DNA of 64,000 bases from Marsupella aquatica. Its lineage: Eukaryota; Plantae; Marchantiophyta. Shown one piece after another: positions 34,400 to 47,100 of the stretch. Every line of letters begins with the position of its first letter. Within the stretch, counting starts at the first letter, position 1. The stretch lies in NCBI GenBank assembly GCA_973895155.1, contig OZ316897.1:23542318-23606317 (forward strand). The letters run 5' to 3'. A program made the position numbers and the translations under genes. The notes under the pieces are model-generated. The model had not been told where the DNA came from. It did no database searches and saw nothing but the letters and a program-made list of their open reading frames with translations.

Positions 34400-37300
34400 C
34401 TCAGATTGAAGCACCATTTAATTCAAATGACCCAATGAACTCCCTTGTACCTCCAAAGAGAACCCCCCAATAGCCTTTGTAAAGACCACATTTCCAGTCA
34501 TTTGGTACTTCTGACTTCTAGTATGACAACCAAGATTACCCTAATTTGAGGTGTTTTCATTAATGACCACATATGCAGTCAATTGCTCCAAATGACCTCC
34601 AATATGACTACCAAGATGACCCTTATTGTAGTCATTGGCATTAATGACAGATATTATGTGAAAATGACCCAATAAAGAGTATACTGCCTCTCAGAGTGCC
34701 CCCTTACAATTCCTTTGAGATTTAATAGAATATATCCAAAATCCAAATGTTGGCACAAACATGACATAGTTATATAGAAGGACATAGTCTTCCACTAGTA
34801 TTGCACTATATCTCTCTTGGAGAGACAAAAAAATAATTTGTTTGCCTTTGGAACGGATGGTATGCATGCATGGTGATACTTTTGGCAAATCACTCCAAAG
34901 TTGTATGACTTGGGAGTGATTTTCCCCAATGTTGGATCATCCCTTAAGTAATTGCAAAAACATGGCTCCAAAGTGCTCATGGTGCAACTAGTGGTTGGAG
35001 AATAGTGGGTATAGTACCCCGCACCTTGTGGAGTGGTTGCCACCTTCATGTAGGGACCCATGGCACACTAGGGCCACATTAAGCTCCTAGACCCAAAAGG
35101 GTCATTTTTTATGGTCCATAATGACACCATGAGGGACCTCTATCATGACCCCATATGGAGTCATTTGGCACAAATGACTTCCAAACGGACGGCCAAAATG
35201 ACCCTTACTGCAGTCTTTGGCATTAATGACACACTATTCCTCCAAAATGACCCAATGAAGATTACAACACCTACTCACAATGCCCCGACACTATTCATAT
35301 GCAAAATGGAGTATTCCCCATCCAAATACCGGCACAAACATGACACAATTACATCACAAGATGACAACCTTCCATTGGTGTTGCGCTACTTCTTGGAGAG
35401 ACAAAAAAATGGCTCCATTTGCGTTTGGATACGGTGGTATGCATCCATGGTGACACTTTTGGAAAATCACTCCAAAGTCGTATGACTTGGGAGTGATTTC
35501 CCCAAGGGTGCATCATGCATTAAGTAAACGCAAAAACATGTGTCCAAAGTGTTTATGTCGCAACTAGTGGTTGGACAATGATGAGTATAGTGTCCCGCAC
35601 CTAGTGGAGAATTTCTCACCTCTATGTGGGGCCACATGGCACTCTAGGGCCCACCTTCAACCCCTAGCCCCAAATTGGTCATTTGTGCTTCTGTTTAATG
35701 ACTGCATGGGGGACCACACAAATGACCCTATTTGTAGTCATTGGCACTTATGACACAACTTTGCGCAAAAATGACCCAATGGGGGCCATAGTACCTCCAA
35801 AGAGAGCCCGCTTTAGATTCCTTGGAAGGTCTGAATATTCCTCTTCTCTAAACCCGCACCCACACCATACCAGGAAGCACGACTCCCCTGCCCATTCCAT
35901 TGGTGCAACACTACCTCTTGGAGAACCAAAAAACAACTTTTATTTGCCTTTGGATGGGATGGTATACATCCATGGTTGCACTTTTGGCAAATCACTCCAA
36001 AGTCGTACGACTTGGGAGTGATTTCCCCAAAGGTGCATCATGTCTCAAGTAAACGCAAAAACATGTGTCCAAAGTGTTTATGTCACAACTAGTGGTTGGA
36101 CAATGATGAGTATAGTGTCTCGCACCCAATGGAGGGGTTCTCACCTCTATGTGGGGCCCCATGGCACTCTAGGGCCCACCTCAAGCCCCTAGCCCCAAAC
36201 TGGTCATTTGTGCTTTTCCTTAATGACTGCATAAGGGACCCCTCAAATGACCACAAATCGAGTCATTAGACTGATATGACACTCCATATGACAGTTTTAA
36301 TGACCCTACTTTTAGTCATTGGCATTTATGACGGGCCATTGCTCACATATGACCCAATAAAGGCCCTAGTACCTCCAACTAGAGCCAACTCTAGATTCTT
36401 TGCAAGATTGGAATATTCCTCTTTGCTAAACCCGCACCCACACCATACTGAGAAGCACGACTCCCCTGCCCATTCCATTGGTGCATCACTACCTCTTGGA
36501 GAACCAAAAAACAACTTTTATTTGCCTTTGGATGGGATGGTATACATCCATGGTTGCACTTTTGGCAAATCACTCCAAAGTCGTACGACTTGGGAGTGAT
36601 TTCCCCAAAGGTGCATCATGTCTCAAGTAAACGCAAAAACATGTGTCCAAAGTGTTTATGTCACAACTAGTGGTTGGACAATGATGAGTATAGTGTCCCG
36701 CACCCAATGGAGGGGTTCTCACCTCTATGTGGGGCCCCATGGCACTCTAGGGCCCACCTCAAGCCCCTAGCTCCAAATTGGTCATTTGTGCTTTTCCTTA
36801 ATGACTGCATAAGGGACCCCTCAAATGACCACAAATCGAGTCATTAGACTGATATGACACTCCATATGACAGTTTTAATGACCCTACTTTTAGTCATTGG
36901 CATTTATGACAGGCCATTGCTCACATATGACCCAATAAAGGCCCTAGTACCTCCAACTAGAGCCAACTCTAGATTCTTTGCAAGATTGGAATATTCCTCT
37001 TCGCTAAACCCGCACCCACACCATACTGAGAAGCACGACTCCCCTGCCCATTCCATTGGTGCATCACTACCTCTTGGAGAACCAAAAAACAACTTTTATT
37101 TGCCTTTGGATGTGATGGTATGCATGCATGGTGACACTTTTGGAAAATCACTCCAAAGTCATACGACTTGGGAGTGATTTCCCCAAAGGTGCATCATGCC
37201 TTAAGTAAACGCAAAAATATGTGTCCAAAGTGTTTATGTCGCAACTAGTGGTTGGACAATGATGAGTATAGTGTCCCGCACCTAGTGGAGGGGTTCTCAC

Positions 37301-37880
37301 CTCTATGTGGGGCCCCATGGCACTCTAGGGCCCATCTCCAGCCCCTAGCCCCAAACTGGTCATTTGTGCTTGTGTTTAATGACTGCATGAGGGACCACAC
37401 AAATGACCACAAGTCTCGTCACTTGACTCATATGACATACCATATGACAGTTTAATGACTCTACTTGTAGTCATTGGCATTATGACACAAATTTGTCTAA
37501 AAATGACCCAATAAAGATTACACTACATCCTTCATTGCTCTGTCACTATTCATTTGCAAAATAGAATATTCCCCATACAAACAAAGGCACAAACATGACA
37601 CAATTACAACAAAGGATGGCAACCTTCCATTGGTATTGCCCTACTTCTTGGAGAGACAAAAAAGTTTCATTTGCCTTTGGATACGATAGTATGCGCACAT
37701 CTATATATGGTGACAGTTCTGGAAAATCACTCCAAAGGTGTATGACTTGGGAGTGATTTCCCCAAAGCTAGGTGCATCATGCCTAAAGTAAATGCAAGAC
37801 ATGTGTTCAAATTGCTAATCCGCAACTAGTGGGAGGACAATGATGAGTATTATGTCCCGCACTTAGTGGAAGGGTTATCA
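34400..37880. repeat. About six tandem ~578-bp units in the CACTA right arm
   Basis: A palindrome recurs at about 34887, 35464, 35989, 36567, 37145 and 37724. ORF-track duplicates recur with a 578-bp period. Confidence 0.9.
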
Positions 37881-37959
37881 ACCATATCAATGACTCTACA
37901 ATTATGACCGGTGTCTGGAATGACTATTGAGTATTTTAATTTTCATATCTCTTGGGTTC

Positions 37960-38400
37960 TTTAATGACTCTATAAATAGTCATTTATGCAATAAGTCCAT
38001 AATGACTGTATGTTATTGTAAACATTGAATATCGTAATTTTTAGATTGACCCTATATTTAGTCATTTATGCGACAAGTCCATAATGACAGTATGTTATTG
38101 TAAACACCGATATATCCTAATTTCAAGAATGACTATGGAATTAGTCATTTATGAGAGAAGTCCATAATGACAGTATGTTCTTGTAAACACTGATATGTCC
38201 TAATTTCAAGATTGACCTAGAGTTAGTCATTTATGAGAGAAGTCCATAATGACGGTATGTTCTTGTAAACACTGATATGTCCTAATTTCAAGATTGACCC
38301 TAGAGTTTGTCATTTATGGGAGGAGTCCATAATGACAATATGTTGTTGTAAACACTAATATATTCTCATTTTCAGATTGACCCTATATTTTGTCATTTAA
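37960..38400. repeat. ~83-bp subterminal tandem repeat of the CACTA
   Basis: gtcatttatg..aagtccataatgac..tgtaaacac recurs about 5 times. Confidence 0.8.
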
Positions 38401-38787
38401 CACCGTTGGTTAAAATGACGGTAATACATTTTTTGTCATTTATCACCGTTGTCCAAAATGACCTAAATAGATTTTTGGTCATTTCTATCATTGTCTAGAG
38501 TGACTATAATGTTGCTAAACACTGAGTTATCATTGTTGTTATTATTTGCGTCATTTAAGACACGTGTCTAAATTGACCATTTAGGAAAATTGGGTCATTT
38601 TGGTCGCATCAGTCATTACAGACATTATACAAAATGACGCAAAAGTTAACATTTTGTCATTTTAGTCTATTGGTCATTGTGGACAGTCATTCCCCTGTCA
38701 TTCTTTTTGTGTCATTAGAAATTTTGGTCATTTATTCATCTCTGTCATTGGGTGATTGGTCATAAAGGGCCCTGTTTTCTTCTAGTG

Positions 38788-39190
38788 CTACTATCCATGA
38801 TTTACTTGCGATTGTGACATTCTATGATCTTGAGTTAGATCAAATGGATGTAATGACTACTTTCTTGTATGGATTGCTTGATGTTGAGATTTATATGACT
38901 CAACCTCTAGGTTTTATTTACGAGAAGACCAGACACTTGGTGTGTAAGCTCTTGCGCTCGTTATACGGATTGAAGCAGAGTCCCAGACAATGAAATAAGT
39001 TGTTTGATTCCTTCATGTTGTCCCAAGGGTTCACGCGGAGTGAACATGATTGTTGTATTTACATGAAGTTAGGAGAATGATGGAGAATTGCTCACGCTTT
39101 GGTTACATTGTGTTGGCACTATATGTGGATGACATGCTGATCCTGGCTGAGAATAAGTCTGATGTTGCCCATTTGGAAGCAATGTTGAGC
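38788..39190 (+). pseudogene. Continuation of the old host Copia RT
   Basis: LELDQMDVMTTFLYG, SLYGLKQSPRQ* and LYVDDML. Confidence 0.85.
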
Positions 39191-41177
39191 TGTTGAGCAT
39201 AGACGATATTCGTAACGGCAAGCCCATGAACCATCCAATGCACAAGAGTCGACACAGATAGATACGTGGTTCACCTCCACATGAGGCTACGTCCACGGGA
39301 ACACACAAGAGCTTTACTGTACTCTAGGCCCACCGGCCATACCAAGCATCCACAGCACAAGCTCTCCCTATCTCTCAACTAGCTCCGTAACAATGAGCCT
39401 AAGTTCCACCAGGGTCTGGCATCAGCCTTGGCTATATACATAATAAAACTACCGCTAACATTAGCTAAGTCCTAACCCAAGTTAGCCTAACTGTAGTTAG
39501 CTCATGAGTCACAAGACGAGCAATATCTAACAAACTCCCCCTTGACTCTTGTCTTGGGGACTGGACTAAATGCTACCATATGGAATCCTCAGCGGGAAGT
39601 TCTAGACAATCACCAAACCAGGTCTCCCCCTAAAAACCACAAGGGTTAACTAGAACTAAGCCGTAGCCAAACAGGAATGAGTAATCCATATACAAATAGT
39701 CACACATTGCTATATAACTCTACTTGCACTACAACTGCAAAACCTGCAAAGTAGCACGGTGTCTTGAGAAACTCTCCAAAGGAATCACTTTGGTAAAAGC
39801 ATCAGCGGGATTGAGCTTTCCATCAATCTTGACTAGCTCAAAAGTTTTATCAGACACTGCTTGCCTGATAAAATGGTACCTGATATCAATGTGCTTCACC
39901 CTGCTATCCATCACCTGGTTAGCAGCCAAGTGAAGAGCACTCTGACTATCACAGTTTAGAGTCATTTTGCCATGCTCTAAACCCATCTCTGCGATCAACT
40001 TATCCAACCAAATTGCTTCCTTTGCTGCTGCTTCTGCTGCTCCAACATACTCTGCTTCTGTAGTAGACTGAGATATGCACTTCTGCAAGGTAGATTTCCA
40101 ACTGATACATCCTCCTCCAAGAGTGTATACAAACCTAGTTGTAGACCTCCTTGTATCCAGACAACCTCCATAGTCAGAATCTACATAGCCAACTAACGTT
40201 CTATTTGATCTGTTATCAAATAGTAATCCATAGTCCTGTGTACCCTTGAGATATCTGAGAATCCATTTCACAGCTTCCCAGTGTACCTTTCCTGGATTTG
40301 ACATGAATCTGCTAACCTTGTCCATCGCTAGGGCCAAGTCAGGCCTAGTACAAGTCATCAAATACATCAGACTGCCTACTGCCTTCTCATAAGAAATCTT
40401 AGCCATCAAACCTTTCTCCACAGCATCCGTAGGAGAGAAAGCCAATGATAACTTAAAATGTGAAACTAAAGGAATACTCACTGGTTTACAGTTCTCCATG
40501 TTGAATTATGCAAGTACTTTCCTTGGATACTGGCCTTGATTCAAGCACAACTATCCAATCTCAGAGTTCCTAAAAATGTCCATCCCTAAGATCCTCTTGG
40601 CCTTACCAAGATCCTTCATCCTGAATTCAACACTCAATTTTGCCTTGAGACTCTCAACCTCAGATTGATCTTTAGCCACAATCAGCATGTCATCCACATA
40701 AATAACCAGAATGATGAAACCAAACACATCATTCTTGACTGATTTCATATACACACAAGGATCATACACCATCCTTGTAAAACCTTGAGCAAGCATAAAA
40801 TCATCAAACCGCTTGTTCCACTGTCTGGGAGACTGCTTCAATCCATACAAGGACTTGAGCAATCTGCAAACTAAGTTCTCTTGGCCCTTCTTCATAAAGC
40901 CTAGTGGCTGTCTCATGAAGATCAACTCTTCCACGTTGCCATAGAGAAAAGCAGTAACAACATCCATCTGATCCATCACCAGATCAAAAAACACAACAAG
41001 TTGACACAAGATCCGAATTGTGGAATACTTAGCCACCGGTGAAAAGACCTCATTGTAATCCACTCCTTTCTCCTGAGTGAATCCCTTGGCAACAAGCCTT
41101 GCCTTGTAGATCTTGTCTCCACCCTCTGAAGGATTGTCCTTCAACTTGTAAATCCACTTGCTGACCTCTTGGAAGCT
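39191..41177 (-). mobile_element. Second Copia: 3' LTR (39191-39532), PPT and RT/RNase H; truncated by the Gypsy-like insertion
   Basis: TGTTGAG..CTAACA followed by aactccccct. ORFs 40551-41183 (YVDDML) and 39729-40499 (GYVDSDY, KHIDIRYHF) are separated by stops. Confidence 0.85.
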
Positions 41178-42139
41178 TGTCACACCATTTAGAGTGGTAG
41201 TAAAGTATATCGTACTATCTAGGTATAGAGGTTTTGATGTGTGCTACATGAGCACTATGTTTAGTTTGAGTTGGTGTGAGGGATAGTTATCCCCTTGTGT
41301 TGGCTCAAAGGCCTCATCTTTCAATGTTGAGCCTTTGAGCATGAGCTTGGTGGCTATGGTGTGGCTGACCAGGTTGTGTGCATGTAACGTGGATTCCTTG
41401 AAGCACAAGGTGCGTTGGGCTTGACATACATGTGTGATCGCGTCGGATGGGATCGTTGTTGGATTAGCATTGATCGTTGTTCGATTTGCACTATTGAAGA
41501 AGATTACATTGAAAGATCAGCTTTGAATTCTGATGTACGGATCGTGCAAATAGAAGTTCGATTTCGTTGAGGTTTTGTTGTTGACGATTCATGGTATCTC
41601 GGATTGGGTTTTGTTGTTGAACGGATCGCTGGTATCTCGATCTGTTACAAGTTGGTGTTGAGAAAGCTCAAGTGGATGCGGAGCTTTGAGTTGTTGAGTT
41701 GTGCGTTTGGAGTTGTGATTTGCATCGATCTACATTGCAACATTTTGGAGGACTGAATGTGCGATCGATGATCGGAAGTTACCATCGATTGTTATGCGCG
41801 GATTGCTAAGAGTATTCGCTGCGGTTTTGTGAAGGCAAGTTGGTCGGACTTGTGATTGTTTGTGATTTTGGTTGGGGATGGTTCCAATCGGGGGTTGATA
41901 GTTGAAGTTGTATCTTGCGGATTTGAGATTCGTCAAGCTTAATGTTGACGGATAGTGCATTTCTTTGAAGAAAGCGACGTTGGATGTTGACAAATTGTGT
42001 CCCCTACGGCGACGTAGTGCACTGCGGAGAGGTGTGAGGTGCGGTGGCGACCTAGGGCACAAGGAAAACAACAAAGTGAGTGAACAGTGACTTTGTTCGG
42101 GAATTGCGGTGAGGTTTTCGCAGCAATAGGGTTGTGAAG

Positions 42140-42630
42140 GTCTTCCACGGAACACTGTTCCGTTGAGAGGGCATATTGGAGATTGGTTGACTGCGGTGTA
42201 CCATTCCGTCGTGGTAGTTTTGGGAAGATTGGTCTTCCACGGAACACTATTCCGTCGTGAATGCATATTGGAGAATGATCGGGTACAGATTACCATTTTG
42301 TTGTGATAATTTTGGGAAGATTGGTCTTCCACGGAATATTGTTCCGTCATGGGTGCATATTGAAGATTGGTCTGCCCCATTACACGTCTCGTCTGCATTG
42401 TGAAGAAGGGTTGGTTGCGGAACATTGTCCCGCAACTAGGCAGCTCACGGAACACTATTCCGCCAATTAGCTTGGCTATTGGTGATGGAGGGTTGCGGAA
42501 CACTGTCCCGCAACTAAGCAGTTTACAGAACACCATTCCGTCAATTGTCTTGGAGATTGGTGGTGGTGCATTACGGAACACCGTTCCGCGATTGAGTGAT
42601 GGGTATCCACGGAACACCATTTCGCCAATC
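42140..42630. repeat. Degenerate 92/78-bp tandem repeats in the Gypsy-like 5' UTR
   Basis: Recurrent ggaacac..ttccg cores. Confidence 0.65.
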
Positions 42631-43099
42631 GGTTGATTATTGATAGTGGTGAGTTGATGGTGACCATTTAGGGAAAATTGGTCATCACGGAGTCCTCTGG
42701 TGATACGGGGCTACCCGAGGGACGACGGTCTAGTTTCACTTGGAGTGGAGTGCAATTTCGGCCGACGATATTGTTAGTGGTTACAAGTGGGGTTTCAGAT
42801 AGTGATTCTAACGAGGACTTAGTAGCCAATTCTCCTCAACATCAAGTGACTGTGCCATTGTTGTGGGATATGGAAGAGATGTATGGGGCCACGAAAGGAC
42901 CGAGGAGATACTCTGGTGCAGTTGGCACGATTGATTTGGATGATTTCATCCAAGAGTTTGATACGTGGTGTGATATGCAGACAATGCGTAATGCCACATT
43001 GTTCACACCTTTCATGGTTTGGAAAGGGTTGTTTCAACATTTGGAGGGGCCACCCATGGATGACTACCATGAGTTTCGAAAGGCTCATTTAGTGGATAT

Positions 43100-46000
43100 T
43101 GTGACGCTGCCGGTACGGCGGTTAATGAGTGATTCGGTCTAACTGCGCTCGGCATGCACGTTAGGAGTGTCTTAGGCCGCTATTATTAGCATAACGACAG
43201 TATTTAGGTAATCATTATGGGTAGGATATCATTAGGCAATAAGGGGGAATTCAGGTTCGGACTGGCGGCTGGTCGCTATTCGCACACCCAGGTTACGAGC
43301 ATGGAGGGGCCCCTCCCTCGGGTCCGTATAACAAACTTACGGAAGCGGCCACTGACACGCGCTGACTCAGACCGGCGGAGTGGCCGGCACACCACAAGCG
43401 TGAGCGGTTCAGCCTATGGGCGTCGAGGAGACGTTGGGGGATCGACAAGCCCTCAAGGTATAAAAGGGGAGCCAACCCTTTGTAGTGCACCAGTCCATCA
43501 GTCCACGCGCCAGCTTCGACCCTAGCTCTCTCGTTCGCTCTAAGTCGCCACTACTATCTCCTCTGAATGTCGCACACGATCCTCTCCAGCTCGGCCATTT
43601 GATTTTGGACGCAGTTCCTATCTACCGGAAGGCACTTGGCCGACTCATTGAAACACGCCAACCCACGCCGATACGAAATCGAACGCGAGTACGAGAGAGC
43701 CATCCGCCTAGCAGGACGACACCACTACATCCTTAACTTTGACTACCCGTCTCAGAGCGAGCTTTATCGACCAGCAGAGATATCCGGGTACTTCTTCAAT
43801 GGAGACAAATATATCGGGTTCTGGGAAGCATTGCTTCGGCTTCTGGACGAGGTCTTCAATATCCCGGGTATGATCGACTTGCAACGACATCACTTTGACC
43901 ACATCCCTGCTCAGGTTCGGGCTATCATCAACAGCGAGTCCAGCACTACCCGTTCGACAAGGTCATCTGCACTCGCTTCGGAAAACTTCTACCAGCACCT
44001 ATAGAGCTTCATAGGAACTCGGCCAGCAACCAACATGACCAACTCAGTTGTACCCGTACCCGTACCTATACAACCTCAGGCTCAGCTTCAGCTTCAGCCT
44101 CAGCCGCGGCCTAGCCAAACCCCACCACCGATCGCCCAGCCAGCACAAGTACGCTCCGTCATCAACGCTGTGGATCTTAGCGATGATGACGAGGCTACCC
44201 TACCCTTGACCAGGCGGCCCAGAGGAACAAGCGCTCAGGGGGCCGACACTATATCGTCCCCACCCCCTGCTCTGACCCCAGGAGCAGCCCCGGCAGACAA
44301 CATGGTGACCGTGGCCGACCCGGGCCCGTTAATAACGGCAGTGGCACTACCCAGGCCCGATCGGGAGGATGGGGAGGTGTCACCTTCCCCGAGCCAGTCA
44401 CGGGGGAAGAAGAGGAAGGAATCCGCCACTGCATCCGGGTTACCGTTGGCCACGGTAGCCGTGGCCAAGGTGACGATGCACCGCATGGGGGAAAACGTTC
44501 ACAAAAACATCCTCCATCACAAGCATGCGGTGTACCTGAAGACTCAGGGATTCGAGCACCTCGCCTCCCTCCCCTGGAACACTTGCAGGTACTACGGGGA
44601 GGACATGACGGAGTTTGTCAGGAATTATGACGACGCGCATCAACATATTCGGCTGCGGGGAAGGAGTATGTCCCTCACGGAAGAACGGCTCAGGATGATC
44701 TTCGGGTTACCCGAAGGTGACCATCGAGTTGAATCACGGGCTCCCGAGGGCAAGGGAGCCAAGTACCAATCTTCAAGTTTTCCCTCAGAGGGAGCAGTGG
44801 ACAACGGGTTCGTGATGAAGACCTGCCTCATCCCCGAGATAGCTGAGCGACTGGAGTTCTAGAGGTACGCCCTCCACATGATGGAACCCCGGGGGGAGAT
44901 CTTCGCCGCCCAGGTTATCCAGGTCGAGAACTATCGACCTAGGAGGTGGGCGTCGTACTTCGCTAAGAAATTCCATGAAGAGATGGAGCGGCGAAGGAAG
45001 ACGCTGTACATTGGCGGGAAGGCGTATTTCGCTAGCCACATCGAGATCATTCTTGAGTGGTACGCCCGGTTTGATCGACGAAGTCTTCCCCGTGTCAACG
45101 TTACAAAGCTGGTCCTAGCTAGGTGGGTTTTCCCGGCCTTGGAGAGACGGCCACAACCCGAGGCCCGAAGTCCAGCGGACACGCCAGCTTCACCCACCCC
45201 ACCTCCATAAGTAGTTGTAGTCGTAACCGAAGAGGTACCGGATGGGTTGGTTGTCGCAACCGTTGATGCGACCCAACAAGCCGGGCTAAGTACAGAAGTC
45301 GGTACGACGGAGGTCTTACCAGAGCCAGGGTCTCCCAAAGACCCACCGGTGGCTATTCCGGAGAACCGGACATTGCTGCAGGAGGACACTCCAGCCCCTT
45401 CCAACGTTACGTCCCCAAGGCTGGACGTCATTGCCCCGGCCCCCGCGCGTGTTGATGTCTGCCCGTGCCCAACTCTGGACAGGCACAACCTGGACCACCC
45501 GGAACTCTTTGTACCGGGTACATTTCTGAACGGGCTTCTGGGAGATTTCTCTCATCAAATTGCCCAGGATACCGGGGAGTTCATGGCCCGGAAGGTAGCC
45601 TGTTTCTTCAATCAGGAGTTGGTTGCCGCAATAAAGGCAGGTCGGGCCCAGTCAGAGGCCCTTCAGAGGATAGAGTGGTACCGGGTGGAGTCAGTGTACC
45701 TAAAGAACGAAGTTGCGGCTCAAGAGGCTGAGCTTCTGCAACTACGACCCAAGGTTGCAGCCGCCGATGAGTTGTTAGCAAAGGCGCACGCTCTTACCGC
45801 CCTAGCCGAACAGGCCAAAGCTGGGAACGAGGCCGAGATTACACGACTCCGGAACCAGATTGATAGTTTGAAGAATCAAACTGTCACTTGGCAGAAAGAC
45901 CTGGAGGAGGCCGAGGAACGGGCCCAACGGGACACGGCGGAGATAGCCATGCTGCAGGCCGAGGTGGTGCGGCTCCAAACCGAGGCCGAGAAGCAGGACC

Positions 46001-47100
46001 AGCTAGCGGGTAAACTGACAAGTGACGCCTAGCAGCTGGAGGAGGCTTGTCAGGAGGCAGCAGAGGAGACGGATGCGGCGAGGCGAGAGAACGAATCTCT
46101 GCTGGACCAGGTCCAGCTCCTCAAGGCGGACAATGACAGGCTTCGAAGGCAGCGGGATGGCCGCTCCCATTCGGGCGGCTCTAGCAAGCGTGCCAGGCAT
46201 TAGCAGCGGAGTAGGAATAGATTAGGATTAGGACTGGCTTAGTCAGGCTCTTGGGACAGGCACCTGCCTTAGGTATAGCAGCGCTGCCGTGCTGTCCAGC
46301 CTGCGTAGATTAGGATTTTCTAATAAGACACAGCCGTTTTCCGGCCTGACTGTCAGCTTAGTTAGGACCTTAGTCAGCGAATCTTCGGCGAGAGGACACC
46401 CCGTCCCTCGTCCCTTAGTATTTAGTGCACCACTCGGAAGAGGCAGGGGGGGTTTTTAGTTGCAAAGTTGGGCGTCCGCGGTATGTGCGGGGAGTCCCGA
46501 CCTCTGGGAATGAAAGAGTACCAAGGGGAGGGGGTAGGACTAAGCTCGCCGGGCGAGTGCGGAGCCGGGCTCCGTTGTAGTGTGCACCCTCGGCCTTGAA
46601 CCTGTTCATTCCGGGGCTGTCGGGTCAACTAAGTGTACGCATATGTTCCCTTTGTAGTAAAATCCTTTCCCATCATTTTCCTTCGTGTAAATCGAGATTG
46701 TATGCATGTGCGCGTGTATGTGTGTGGGTTTCTCGTATATGGGTGGCAGCGCCAGGCCGAACGCACTACCCGAGACGTGCACAAGGTGCAGCCTGCGGGT
46801 AAGTGGTTGCGAGCACGGGTTGAGGACCTGTATCATCGAATCCGGATCGAAGGCGGACCGCACGAAGGCTTAGAAGCCCTTAAGCCGGGGTCGATCCTGC
46901 TATCGACTAAGGTACATTCCGGCGGCGGAACACAAACCATACCTAGGAGGTGTCCGTATTTAGCAGTATGCGCACTTAGCGCTAGTTTATGAGAATAAGG
47001 TGCATTACGTGCTTCCCTTCCTGCCCGAACCCTCAGATTTACGAGGGATGTGCCCGTCTAAGCTGAAGTCTGAGTTAAGGCCGCAGCCGATGACATGACA
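43100..47100 (+). mobile_element. 4001-bp TG..CA single-ORF element (family B; solo-LTR-like)
   Basis: Ends TGTGACG..CATGACA with TSD GATAT (43095-43099 and 47101-47105). Removing it restores the host gag frame. Confidence 0.9.
43567..46203 (+). pseudogene. Family B protein (about 878 codons) broken by five in-frame stops
   Basis: ORFs at 43636, 44035, 44878 and 45247 share one frame with ATG 43567. TATAAAA lies at about 43459. Contains GFEHLASLPW..EFVRNY..RLRGRSMSLTEERLRMIFGLP, a coiled coil and a SKRARH end. Confidence 0.8.

Larger units (their letters stand above)
10995..38787 (-). mobile_element. CACTA (En/Spm) DNA transposon, 27.8 kb including two nested insertions (about 17 kb net)
   Basis: TIRs CACTAGTAGAAAACA and TGTTTTCTTCTAGTG (1 mismatch), 3-bp TSD CTA, and AATGAC/GTCATT-rich subterminal regions. 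The host Copia RT rejoins across it (FSPVVKLA|TIHDLLAIV). Confidence 0.93.

Noticed and set aside
35111-37455. Repeated 60-124-aa ORFs
   Set aside because: By-products of the 578-bp array
41730-42620. 296-aa minus-strand ORF
   Set aside because: Runs through UTR tandem repeats and has no recognisable domain
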